Assembly: GCA_013239625.1 (NCBI GenBank)
Contig: MU054391.1
Coordinates: 5,351,824 to 5,415,823 of the forward strand
Origin: Lama guanicoe
Taxonomy: Eukaryota
Direction: 5' to 3'
DNA: 64,000 bases
Shown here piece by piece: positions 52,481-64,000 of this stretch. A model generated the notes under the pieces. The model did no database searches and was not told where the DNA came from. It saw only the letters and a list, made by a program, of their open reading frames with translations. Positions within the stretch are counted from its first letter, which is position 1. The number at the start of each line of letters is the position of its first letter. Made by a program: the position numbers and the translations under genes.

Positions 52481-53842
52481 AGAGGACAGCCGGGTAAACT
52501 GCTTCCAGTTCCTCCCTTGAGATTGAGGCCAGGGCACCAAGGCCTCGAGGAGGCCGGCCAAGCGTCTTCCAACCTCGGGTTCTGGGAGGTAGTTGGTTTG
52601 AAGAGGTGCTTTCATTTTTGGTGGGTGGCTTGAACATTTTAACATCACTTGTGGGTTTTTGAAGAAGTTGTGGGTTACATGAGCCCTGGGTTCTTCTGTG
52701 CTGCCCCTCTGCCTCTCGGGGTTGGCCGTACACGGGTTCTCAGCACAGCTGTGGCAGGCTGCGGCGTGTGGTTTCCTCATCTGCTGTCTGGTGGAAGAGG
52801 GGAAGGGTCGCTGTATTCTCTCCACTTAGTACCTGACAGATCAAGGCAGCGCGACTGCCAGTGACGCAGCATTAAAGGCAGAAACCAGGTCAGCTGTTTC
52901 CCCTCTTTCTTCTGGTGTGAAAGTTGCCAGGTTTTTGGCAGCTGGCTGGCTTTGATCTTGCAGTTTGTGTTAAACACTGGAGCTCGGCGTGGGCTCCTCC
53001 GTCTCATTCTTAACTAAACAACCCTTCAGAGCAAGAACTGCTGCCCAAGAACCAGGCCAGGGAGCAGGTGTTCATGAGGACCCTGTGTGAGGCAGTGAGC
53101 AAGGCCGCGTGTGTGTGCACGCCGTAGACCTTAGGCGTGCTGTCACCAGCCCCTGGAAGAAGTCACCGAGAGTGAAGTGACCTAGATGGTTTCCCTTTGT
53201 AAACTTTCCTCGTACGTCTCTGACGAACTGCTTTGTGTGGGGAATAGAAGGAAATTCCTGACGCAGATGGCACCTGGGGGGGACCTGTCTTGCTCCGACC
53301 GGGGGGCAGGTGTAGGACTGACCGCTGTCTTCATTTAAGGCCAGTCATCTCTGGCAGCAGAGCAACAGGAAGCGCTCTGGCTTCACTCTCAGCTCAGCTC
53401 TGCTGCCGCTTCGTTGTGGGATTTGGGGGCAAGGTGGGTGGCTCCACCCTCTCTCTCCGTTTCTGTACAACGGGGATAATACCTGCTTCTCAGAGCAGTT
53501 GTAAGGCTCACATGCGATACTTGGCCCTGTGCCACTTGGTGATTTATTCAGTCCACCTTTTCTAGGACCTTCTGCTTCTCCAAAAGATTTTCTGTCTGGA
53601 TGTCCATTCTTTCAGATAAGCCGCCTTTGGAAGGAACATAGAAAACTGTGCTTTGAACCTGCTGGGCGCGCACCTGCCTCAGGGCCTTTGTGTTAGGAGT
53701 TCCCTCTGCCAGGAATGTCCCTCCACCAGGTTTTCACGGGGCTCATGGCCTCGTGGCCTCGCTTCCTCCGAACTTTCCGTGTCATCTTCTAAAAAGGCCT
53801 TCCTGATCACCATTTGAGAGTCCATCCCACAAGTCATCAGAG

Positions 53843-54256
53843 CAGCTTTATTTGTGAGGTTTGTGGTAGCCCCCAAGTTGGGAACCACTGGGAAGCCAGA
53901 CAGCAGAATCCTGTTCAGAAGGGAAAAGGAGTGAGCCATCAATGCAACAACATGGATGGATCTCAAAGTAGGTTTGAAGGAAGCAGGCAGAAAGGAATGC
54001 ATGCCATGTGATTCCACGTATAGCAAGTCCTAGAAAATGAGGATTATTCTGTGGTGGCGGAAACAGATGGTTGCCTGGGGCAGAGTGTGGAGTGAGGAGC
54101 TGGGACATGGGGATTGGAAAAGGACAGAAAGAAACTTCTGGGGGTGATGGATACGTTCACTGGCTGGATCCTGGAGATGGTTTTGTGGACTGTGTATACA
54201 TCATAACTTATCAAATGGTGAACTTTAAGTTGTATATCAATTATACCTTAAAGCTG
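53843..54256 (+). mobile_element. L1MB/ME 3' UTR fragment
   Basis: atgcaacaacatggatggatctcaaa...aaacttctgggggtgatggatacgttcact...gtatatcaattatacctt. Confidence 0.8.
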
Positions 54257-54289
54257 CTTCATATTTTTTTTTGATCTGTTGGTCCAAGC

Positions 54290-54489
54290 CATTGCTGTCC
54301 CACCAGAACTTTGTGCAGTGATGGAAGTGGTACATCTGCTGTATCCAGTATAAGAAGCAGCTACCACACGTGGCTACTGAGCCCTTAAAATATGGCTGAG
54401 AAACTCCGTTTTAAACTTGATTTAATTTTTAACCCATTTAAACTTGAGTGGGCACAGGTAGCTAGCATCTGTCACGCTGGGCCGCGCAG
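54290..54489 (+). mobile_element. MER3 hAT-Charlie relic
   Basis: gctgtcccaccagaactttgtgcagtgatggaa...ccacacgtggctactgagcccttaaaatatggct...gggccgcgcag. Confidence 0.8.
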
Positions 54490-56328
54490 GTGGAAAGCCT
54501 TACCGGCTACCATAGCAGCCCTGCAAAACCACCCACGCACACTCCTGGGTCCCAGGCTCCAGCTGCTGGAGACGAAGCTTCTGGCAGGTGACGGCTGTTT
54601 CCTGGGTACTTACCCTTGCTAATGCTGAAGCCTCTGCTAAGATGCCCTTAATTAAAGCAATGAGGTCCCAGGTCCTTTTGCAGCTCTCCGCCCTCTGACA
54701 GGGAGGTGCTGCCAGGGCTGTGCTGGTGTGAACAGGTGGTTTGCCCTTCTTTGAAGTCTTTATTTAACCTGTTTAACCCTGTGATTGAGCAGCATTTGCT
54801 CAAGTTAAAAAGAAGACAAACTCAGCAGGTCTCAGTGTTGTCTTTTCTCAAGTTTCTCATGAATTAGGCATTTTAAAATGAACGTAAGTGACACGGGCAC
54901 ATTTGAGGTAAGGCTCTTTGGCCATGCTTTATATGTGGTCTTTTGAGGAAAAGCTGTCCCCAGAGAGAGTTGGACACTGTTAAGAGCTTTTGAGGAGAGC
55001 CCTGGGAAGACCTGTTCTTCTCCAGACTCGCGAGCCTGGAGCTAGGATTCTGCCCAGCGACTTTTCTGTTTTGAGTCTCTCTTCTCTGCTGTTCCTTAAA
55101 AACGGAGCCCTGTGATGCGAGAATCCTGTCTAGTTCAGACTTCTGGACCGATCCCCAGGGCAGAGCCGGTGTACTCAGGACCAAAGTCAAGAAGGCAGCG
55201 CTGGGGTTCCCAGGGATCAGGCTGGATCCAGGGTGGAGCTCTGGCTGGATCAGCAGCTGCTGGTAACCAGTGACCGAGCTGAAGGAGCAGCCGTGCCCCT
55301 GTGGGCAGGGAAGTGTTGAGGGGAAGATGGGAAAGATTTTCGAGAGTATGGAGGTAGCAGAACTAGAATCCAGGAATTTTAAGACCGGAAAAAAAAAATT
55401 AGAAAGAACAACATGGAAAGCTGGCCATTGTCCGACTGCATCCCCCTACCCCCGCCCCACCTCCTTGTCCATCTTTGCTGATCAGCGGTGACATTAGCAC
55501 AACGAGGCTATTCTGATCTCTGATGGCCCTGTCTGCCCGCCTCCCGACTGAATCATTCTACTTGTCCTCCCGGGATCATAGATGTTTGACTGTTACTGAC
55601 TCTTGTCAACCTTATCCATGTGAACCCGGGAAACGCGAAGACAGAGAAGGGAGGGTTGTTACTTTCAGGACTGCCTATTTGCTATTGATATTAGATTCAT
55701 ACTTAATAGCAGTGATTAAGATTCATTATTTGTATTCACATCATGCTTGGGTTTGGAAGGCCATTTTACTTAATTTACTTGTTGAAAGTAACTCAGAGCA
55801 TAAGAGAAAGTCCAGTGCTTGCTTGGTGCTCAGGAAAATACTCTGGTTGGGTTACCCAGAGGTAATTTAATTATTCCCTAAATCAGGACAGTTTCAATAC
55901 TCATGACCTGAGGCTGGGTTGCTGAGCACAAGCATGTGCAGGAATCTTTGGCTTGGTTTTCACCTCTTGTGGCCAGAACGGAGATGGTTCCTTCAGCTGT
56001 GGGCCGAGGCTGCTGGGCGCCCTAGTGCAGTCAGAGGGAGGTCCAGAGCCCATCTCTCCCGCTGAAGGGCACGTTCGCCGAGACAGCGCATCTGGGCTCC
56101 GGCGCCTGGTTCAGGGCCCGGGCGGAGACCAGGGCCAGTCGTTTCCTGGACGCTCACCCTGAGTCAGCGTGGTCGTGTGCTGTGCTGATTACTATGGAGC
56201 AGGCCGGTGCAGAGGGCGGGCAGAGGCTGGTGGCCGAGCGTGCGAGCTTAATTAGCAAACCCACTGATGGTGATTCTGTGTATGTTCACAACAGTTTCTT
56301 CAAAAAAAAAAAAACACAACCAAAAAAC

Positions 56329-56546
56329 CAGCTTTATGAGGTATACTTTATGTATCATAAAATTCACCCATTTCAGCTATACAAGTCAGTGATTTCTAGC
56401 GGTAGCTTTACCAGCGGTGCAGCCATCACTGTAAATCAGTTTGGGGACATTTTCTTCCCCCCAGTTAGGTCCCTCTTGTCCTCTCACGGTTAATCCCCAT
56501 TCCCAGCCCCAGCCCCAGGCAACCGCTAATCTACTTTCTGGCTCTT
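56329..56546 (-). mobile_element. L1MB-like 3' end
   Basis: cagctttatgaggtata...taaaattcacccattt...gccccaggcaaccgctaatctactttctg. Confidence 0.85.
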
Positions 56547-59500
56547 TTGTAATAATTTAGCTAATTATTTTCTGATTAGAAAAGTAATAGTTTCTTATTT
56601 TAGATCATCTGAGTAACTCCAGGAAGAGAAGTGGACCAGAAGGAAGGCCAGCATCCCCTTAGTGGGACTCTCTTCTGGCTTTTCTTTTTAACTCTTATCT
56701 TCCACTGCTCCCACTGCTCCGCTGGCTGGTGTGGTCCCACTTCTCCACTGTTCTGTTGCCTGGATATGTTCTACCCTGTCTTGGAAGCAAGAATTCTTCC
56801 TATCTTTGGAGGTCTATCTCACATAACCCCCAATTAGCAAAGATTTCCCTGCTGTCCAGACTGAAAATAATTTTCTCTTCTCGGAAATTCCATGGTGTTT
56901 TATTTATGGCTCATAGAGTTTCCACTTGGCAGTTTATTTACTTAAATAAGTGCTTTATATTCCCTGTTAAACAGTGAGTTGGTGAGGACTGGCGCTCTGT
57001 CTGATGCCTCTTTGTCTCCTACACTCTTGGTACCCTCCAGCTTTATGTCCTGTCGCCCCCTAAGGGCCCCCCCGTGCGTCTCCTTTGTGGCAGTCTTCAC
57101 AGCTGTGATGGCTGTTTAATGTCATGCTCACCCTGTCCCGTGTCCAGGATGAAGGCACGCTAGTCCAGTGTGTTTGGATGCCCTAGATCTTCACTCTTGT
57201 TTGCTTGAATGTTTTACTCTGGATACCATAGCTTAGTTTACTTCTTCTTACCTAATGCCTGTCATCAGTTCCTGTTTGAATTAAATAGCGAATAGTCTTA
57301 AAATAGATGTGTAAACCAAGTTCTGGGTGAGGTTCTGTTCCCCGCTGCAGAGAACCTTGTTTTTGTCACTCACTCATGCATACACTCACACTAAATACAC
57401 GTCTCATTAAAAACATGCTAGAGTTCTTCCTAGAAATATGACTTTCATCTGCAAGCACCTTCCTCCATTTCCCCCGAGCCCACGTGTGTGTCTGAGCTGT
57501 TCTGGTGCCTTCAGCTCGGCTGCCCACCCTGAGCGGCGCTGACCTGCCCCTTCAGGTCATCCCTGCTGCCCCCGTTCTCGCGCCTTCTCCAAGATGGCAC
57601 CACCTTGGCTTCTGTCTGGGCAGCGTTCAGGACTGAATTGACCTGAGCCTCTGACCCCAGCCATGGCTCTGGGATCTTGTGGGACGAATGGATGGGGTCT
57701 CGAGGCTCAGGAGCTGGGACAGTCACCTTCCGCCCAAGCCCAAGTCAGCCCGCCTGACTGCTCAGAGCTGCAGCCACTGTTTCTTCCATCTGTGCAGAGT
57801 AGAACATGCTACGTGTGGTATGTCTTAGGCTTTCTGTGTAATTCTTGGTGTGTATGTATTTATCTTCCTCTGACACAGCAAGCATTGTGTTTATCTTTGC
57901 AGCCAACTTTACTGCTGTCTGTAAAACAGGCGCTCAGTAAATATATGATGAATAAATTAATGAATTCACATATTTGTTAGATGATGTTTAAAGATTTAAA
58001 GCTACTAATGTATCTTTGGATCCTGTCACTTATGTATTAGGTGCTCAGAAATACACTTAAGTAAACTGACTCATTCAGCCAGTGTTTATCGAGCGTCTGC
58101 TGTGGGCCAGGCTCTGTCCTGAGTTCTCCGGAGAATACAAAAACTTGACGTGACCCCTTAGGATTTACAGTGTAAGGCTTAGATGATTGCAGGGCAGAAC
58201 CTGTCAAGTGCCTTAAGAAATTTTTCAAAAAGAAAACATTGGAGGATTTGGGGAGGGAGAGGTTGCTTCCTGATGAGAGATTGGGGATGTTAATGGAAGA
58301 AGTGGCATCTGAGTGAGTCCTGGTGGATGGGAAGGCTTTGAACAGTGGGAACCCGGGAAAGACAGCTCAGGATGGAGCAAATCAAGCATGAGCTTCGACG
58401 GGGAGCAGAGGACAGCGCAGACTTCCATTTGGCTGGATGTGGAGGTGGAAAGTGGCAAGTGGCAAGTGAGGTTTGACTGGGAAGGTCCAGATGCGGGAGT
58501 GGTTTGGTCTTTAACAGGGACCCAATGCCAGATAAACCCAGCAGGGCTGCTGGGAGGGCTGGGGGGGCGGAGGCTAGGGGTTGGTGGCTGGGGGAGCGTG
58601 GCCTCTGCCCAGAACAGGACAGTGAGGCCAGCCAAGGGGCAGCCCGGGGACAGAGGCAAGGAGAGGAGGACAGAGCAGGCGGGAGGGGGAGAGGGCACCC
58701 GAGGAGGTGACGAGGGACGTCTCAAGAGTGAGCAGCCCGCGGGAGCAGGGCGGCTGTGGGCGGCCTCAGGGGCCTCGCAGAGGGTGGAATGCGGTGGGGA
58801 TCGTCCTCCCTCGTGCTCACAGCCTCGTGCTCGCTCCCCGGGCTTATCCACCTGCACAGCCTTGTATTTGTCTCTGTTCCTTCCAGTCAGCCACAGGCCC
58901 TGGCCTTAAACTCAGCTCTTCAGTATTTTAAAATTTAACTCTCAAGGCTAATCCTGGCACGTCATAGCTGATAGTGCTGTGCCTCAGGACAGCCAGGAGT
59001 GTGACAAACGTTGATTTGCATCAGCCTAGGACAGAAGTTACCCCAAACAGGCGTTTCTGGAATGACAGTCATTAACTGACCATTTATTTGGCAGGACAGG
59101 TGGTTGTGCGGGCATTATTACACACCTTCCCAGGACTTTTCAAGTAAATTTCTTTCTCCATTTTCAAATGTAATATGCTGAATAGTGCACAGAAATCAGA
59201 TCCCGTGTTGCCTTAAAAATTGTACCTGTAGTTAGTCTTCCCACTCAAGGTAATTCTACTAAAAATAAAATTTTCCTTTGCTTGATTGTAAGAAGGAACA
59301 CATACAGTTCCAAAGTCCTTACTCCTGTCTTTCTCCTTTTATGGTCCCGTAATCTAGGTGCATGTCACCAAAAAGACACACGTACACAAGGCCCCAGCAG
59401 TGCCAAGCGGCACTCTTGCTGACTTAGGGAGTGGTCTGGGCCTGGGGGATGGGAAAGTAAATCTCAGCTTATTTTCTTGATGGGGAGGGACTCTCAATGG

Positions 59501-60283
59501 GTCGGGTGGGAACCCGGGGAGTCTTAAAGTTGGCTCCAATCTGAACGGCCAGCGGGGACAGACTTGCTTGGTGTGCGTGTGTGTGCTCCCGAAGGAGTCA
59601 GGAGGGTTTGATTCTCTTCCATTTAATCCTTGGTGACAACTTGTTAAGCCAGTCTCTTGCCTTCTTGCTTCAGGGAGAAGAACAGGGGACCTCAGGGGCC
59701 CTTGTCTCACCTTTTCTCGTTTATCTGCCCCTACCCCCAACCAAAGACACGCATTTGGTTCTTCCCTTGTTCTCTCTTAACATTCACTCGTACACATTCT
59801 CAGGAGACAGAAGCCGCCTTCGTTCTGTTTTCCCTTTTAGTTTCCCCCCTGGGGGCTGTGCTAAGAGATGGTGGTCTGTGGGCCCCGAAACCGGCCGAAG
59901 CACAGCCCCCGGGCATCGGACGGAGCCATGAGTGAGAGTAGGAAGCGGGTGTGGCCTCCTGTTCCCGTATCTTTAAAGTGTCTTCATTGATTGTTTTGAA
60001 ATATTTTGTCTTCATTGTAATGATTATGTTTCCACAGACTCTGTAGCTCACAGTCGAAGGTTATTATTATTGTGAAATGTAGACTTTTCATTAGTTGTAT
60101 CTTCATTTGTGAGGTGAAATCATGACAGAGAATGTGGGAATGAATGAGCTGTCATACTTGGGCTGGTCGGCTTTTAAGGGAAGTTTAATTATCACCAAGT
60201 GTTCTCTAATCTCCTTGCTATCCTCACTTGAGATTAAAAAGGAAATTGAGTAAGAATTTCTTTTTTCTGTTTTTGTCTTTTAG

Positions 60284-60358
60284 ATTCAGAATATGAACAA
60301 CATAATCTCCTTCCCTCTGGACAGTTTGCTGAAGGGGGACCTGAAAGGAGTGAAAGGG
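60284..60358 (+). CDS. ASAP2: ASAP2 coding exon 4 (75 nt, phase 0 to 0): IQNMNNIISFPLDSLLKGDLKGVKG
   Basis: Long polypyrimidine tract ttttttctgtttttgtcttttag|ATT, donor GGG|gtatga; in frame with exon 3. Confidence 0.97.
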
Positions 60359-60677
60359 GTATGACATGAAAAGTCCTGCTCAGCGAGGGGCAGCATTCGC
60401 AGAACGTGGCATCAGGGTCATGCTGGCCCGTCCGGGCAGCCGCCGCCTGGCGCCTTCTTCCTGGGGGTGTTCTGCCTCTGTCTCCTTGACTGGCCATCTT
60501 GCACCACCTTTCAGCCCTAACAGTGGAGACTGTGGCCCTTCTGGTTGTCCTGCTGGTGCTCTGAGTGTGGGATGGGGAGGAGGCCATGAAGGGAGAGAAA
60601 CAGCTCTTTTGGAAACTGTAACATTTTGGGCTCTGCCAGTTAAGCAGGGAAACATATGGAGAGAAGTCTGGTGTTCA

Positions 60678-60852
60678 TCCAGCGTGTCCCTGACGGACCA
60701 CTCAGGGAGGATCCTTGCGAGGATGCAGGTTCCCCGTGGGGGAATCTGCACCAGTAACGCACCTGTCCTCCGGCATGTCCCTGACGGACCACTAGGGGAG
60801 GCTCCTCGCGAGGATGCAGCTCCCGGTGGAACTAGTAAGGCCCCTGTCCTCC
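60678..60852. repeat. Tandem duplication, 2 copies, period 91 bp
   Basis: tgtccctgacggaccact...gcgaggatgcag...agtaa...cctgtcctcc occurs twice, from ~60683 and ~60774. Confidence 0.9.
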
Positions 60853-61739
60853 ACTGGGCTCTGGCTGTTGAGGCTTCGCCCTGCTCGCACAGACACGTGA
60901 GCCATGAGCTGTTTCCTGAGCGTGTGAGTGCGGGACAGTCTGGGCTTGAGCCTGTGTGGGTGCCGGGTGCTGAGCAGTGGGGCACTTGTGTGCGTCACTT
61001 CCACAAGCAGACGTGCGAGGTGACGGGGAGATGACTGTGCCCCAGTTCCTAGGGACCGAGTTCTTTGATTGGAGCGACACGTGATCCCTGGTCGCATTTG
61101 GCACGTCTGGAAGCCCATCCTGGCGGATGCCGGGGGCTCTGCAGAGAGACCCCTCAGTCTCTCCTTCACAGACTGTGCCGGGGGAGCTGTTGGGGCGGGG
61201 AAGGTGGGGCCCGGTGAGCCGTTAGGCCACCGGGGAACGTTACTCACCATCCCCTTGGGGCCCAGAGAACATGCCAGATGAGTTAGCCAGAAAAGCAGGA
61301 GGGAAGGGCACACGAGACAGAGGGAGGTTATGCACGTATGCAGAAGCGTGACGCAGCCCTGTGCAGGCGGCTGTCAGCGTAGCTCAAGGCCATGGTCGGA
61401 GGAGGTGCGGGAAGAGATGAGGCTTACGGGTGGGCGGGGCCCTGCCTGTTCATGGAGACCTCAGATGCCAGGCTGTGGGGCTTAGGCCTTGTCGTGAGGC
61501 CAGTGAAGAGTCAAAAAAAAAAAAAAAACCCACAAAAGAAGTGTTTTCTCTCCCAAAAGAAGCCTGTTAAAGGGAGCATCGATAGGTGGGAACCATTTGA
61601 TAGACTTTCTAGTGTCTCAGTACGTTTTTGAGCCAGGCTTTATCAGAGAACCTGAGGTCCTAAGTTCCAGACAGAATAGGAGACCTCAGGAGAAGGTGAA
61701 TGGCTTTTATATTCCTGTGGGTTTGGGGCCCGAATCAAG

Positions 61740-62010
61740 GGTACATGTGTTGAGATTCTGGTATTAATAGAAAAAAAATCAAAGTCCCTTTCTTTTAGAG
61801 AGATATACTAAAATGCTTGCAGATTAAATGTTACATCTTTCTGGATTTAATTTCAGAATAATCATAGGGCAGAGTGCAGGGTGTAAGTGAAGCAGAATGG
61901 GCCATGAGTTAAATACTTGTTGTAAGTAGCTCATGGGTTTATTATATAATTCTCTCCACATTTCTCTGTGTGCATTTGGTATATTCTGTAATGAAAAATT
62001 TTAAAGAGAA
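61740..62010 (+). mobile_element. Old L1MC/ME 3' end
   Basis: cttttagagagatatactaaaatg...catgggtttattatataattctctc...taatgaaaaatttt. Confidence 0.6.
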
Positions 62011-62202
62011 AGAAAAGGAATGAATGCCAGCGCTCGCCTAATTAAAAGCCCGTCCTGTAAGATTTTTATTTTTCATGGGGTCACGTATGTCATTTTATTC
62101 AGATATTAATGCTCCTTTCAGGGCTGGTCTAAGGATTAGTAAGTTTATCTTGCCCAGAAGTTAATGATTAGTCCTGTTTAATTTATGCCTCTCTGTTTAC
62201 AG

Positions 62203-62252
62203 GATCTGAAAAAGCCTTTTGATAAAGCTTGGAAGGACTATGAAACAAAAAT
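62203..62252 (+). CDS. ASAP2: ASAP2 coding exon 5 (50 nt, phase 0 to 2): DLKKPFDKAWKDYETK(I)
   Basis: Acceptor ctctctgtttacag|GAT, donor AAAT|gtgagt; ASAP-family motif KKPFDKAWKDYE. Confidence 0.97.
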
Positions 62253-64000
62253 GTGAGTGCTTTCATTTTAAAAAATAAGTGTAGGTAATTTGAGATTTGA
62301 ATTTTAAATGGAGCTTTTATTGCGTAAAAGTATTGTCTAAATAAACCTTAATCCAGGAAAGAATTCACCCCAGACTGTGTTGCTGTGGTTTGTTACGATG
62401 CCAGGTGCTTTCACACCCGGTGTGATGTAAACCTCTGTAACAGGGCTTTCGCCTCGTTCCTCCTGTTCTTTGAGGATGGCTACAGAGTGTTGCGTTCAGG
62501 AAGGCTGATTGACTGCCGTGGGCTGACGTCAGGCAGTTGTTGTAACATTTCTGATCACAGCTTCTCATTTCTAGAATGGAGAGGATCGAGCTGGCTAGAA
62601 TTGGGCTAGCGACCGTGGAGACAGTGGTTTCAATTATTTTAAATGTGTGAGAAATAGAAAATATTTTCAAATGCCTCGTGTTTGCTATGTAATTGTTGTA
62701 CACTGGGTAATAATGAAGAGTTTTCTGAGTGGAAATAGAAACCTTTCTATGAATCCATCTGGTAAAGTTAGAATTGTTAAGAAGAAAGCGTTTTCAGACA
62801 TAACAAGTATTTCACTGGGTTTGTTTTTACCAGCCATGGGTATCTGTTCCAAGTGGTGAAGGATCACAGGGCTCAAACCAAGGAACACGAGACCTCTGGG
62901 ACTCATCCCTTCCTGGGAATCTTAAGTTCCCATACTCCAAATTCTGGAGTTCCACCAAGGGCCGACCTTTGTATATAAGCATAGGTAGAGTGTTAACCCA
63001 GAATACTTCGAAGGTCTGCTCAGCCCTAAGAGGCTCCAGACTTGCTGCCCCTGGCCGGCTAGCGTTCCGCACCCGTGCCAGTTCAGTGCAGTAAATGAGG
63101 AAAGGGTCCGCGTTCGTGCGTTACAGGTGGGAAACCTTGGCATTTTGCCGCTGGTCAGCCGTAAGAGACTGGCTGAGCCAAGGCCTGGCCATGGGTCTGC
63201 TGGCTTCATTCAGCCACTGTCGCTGCCACCCTCAAGGCCTTAGGGGAAATGCTTCTGTGTGTTTCTGAACCAACAACGAGAGGGTTTCTAAAGAGGATTG
63301 GTTCTGAAAGGAAAAGGTTTGAAGGGGAATGAGATCAAGTTCTGTAAAATCAAGACACACGTAAATACAGTGGGGACAGAATTACTCACAAAATCCCAGA
63401 ATCTGAGACCCAAAGAGCAGCACCATTTAAAACTCAAAAGTAATTCTGGGATAAAAATTACAAAGTAACTCTACCCATTAATATGTGATATTGATTTGTC
63501 CGGAGAGGCCCTGGACATGTAGCAGACAGGTTTAAGACATATTTAAAATTCCTGGCCTGGAGTCCTATACCTGAGCATTATGAGAGTGACCGATGTCTGG
63601 CCGTGTCTTGATCCCTTTGAGGGGGTGGCGGGGGAGCCTTGGAGTTGTGTGGTTGTCCCCAGGACCTCAGGGGCCTCCAGTCACACTCCCCACATCCCCC
63701 TCGGTGCATGAAGCCATTTAACAACATCCCCACCAAATGGTCACCTATTTTTAATGTTCTCACTCACCCACCCATTCAAGTTGTGGAGCATCTACTGTTG
63801 CCCAGTGCTGTGCTTCAAGATACAAAACAAGGATCAGAAACTAGATTTCTTGCCTCTTCTTAAATACCCCCTCCCCAAGTGATGGGGCCGCTGGCCCCAA
63901 AGTAACCCATTTCTTAGAAAGTCGTTCAGCTTTCTAGGAAATGCTGCCTTACGTTATGCAATGTCTGCCCTGAGGCACATCAGGGAAGTCTGCTCCCTTC

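Larger units (their letters stand above)
1..64000 (+). other. ASAP2: ASAP2 gene body (partial: 3' part of intron 1 through exon 5 into intron 5)
   Basis: Four phase-compatible exons on the + strand, separated by introns of 15454, 14611 and 1844 nt. No first coding exon (MPDQISV...) is seen, so intron 1 starts upstream of the window. Confidence 0.95.

Noticed and set aside
51829-52497. 222-aa + strand ORF
   Set aside because: It runs through MER5 relics, has a non-ATG start and shows no recognisable domain.
58225-58909. Overlapping 210-aa and 198-aa ORFs on opposite strands
   Set aside because: GC-rich low-complexity sequence depleted of stop codons, giving Pro/Ser or Gly/Arg-biased translations.
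60366-61034. Overlapping 222-aa and 201-aa ORFs in intron 4
   Set aside because: GC-rich intron containing the 91-bp duplication, with no homology evident. The true exon-4 frame stops within a few codons of the donor.
30000-62252. Assignment to paralogues ASAP1 or ASAP3
   Set aside because: Residues DVDRMVLYKMKK and [16 protein letters not shown] fit recalled ASAP2, not the paralogues.

Overview
Mammalian genomic DNA lying entirely inside one + strand gene, ASAP2 (ArfGAP with SH3 domain, ankyrin repeat and PH domain 2). Four small coding exons (30000-30072, 45527-45672, 60284-60358, 62203-62252; by recalled gene structure exons 2-5) have canonical AG/GT sites. They splice in frame to [114 protein letters not shown], part of the N-terminal BAR domain. 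More than 99% of the window is intron, containing L1/HAL1, L2, MIR, MaLR LTR and hAT (MER) relics, microsatellites and three N gaps. I saw no Alu, Bov, PRE-1 or CAN SINEs, and the young L1 3' ends look camelid-like, so a camelid draft assembly is my inference. I found no evidence of a novel multi-gene system. The most noteworthy items are (1) a chimeric L1/non-L1 polyadenylated retro-insertion that splits an L2 tail, (2) a 79-bp direct repeat bracketing exon 3, (3) a candidate in-phase alternative first exon 71 nt upstream of exon 3, and (4) a candidate poison exon in intron 1. Repeat family names and boundaries are from visual recognition and are approximate.
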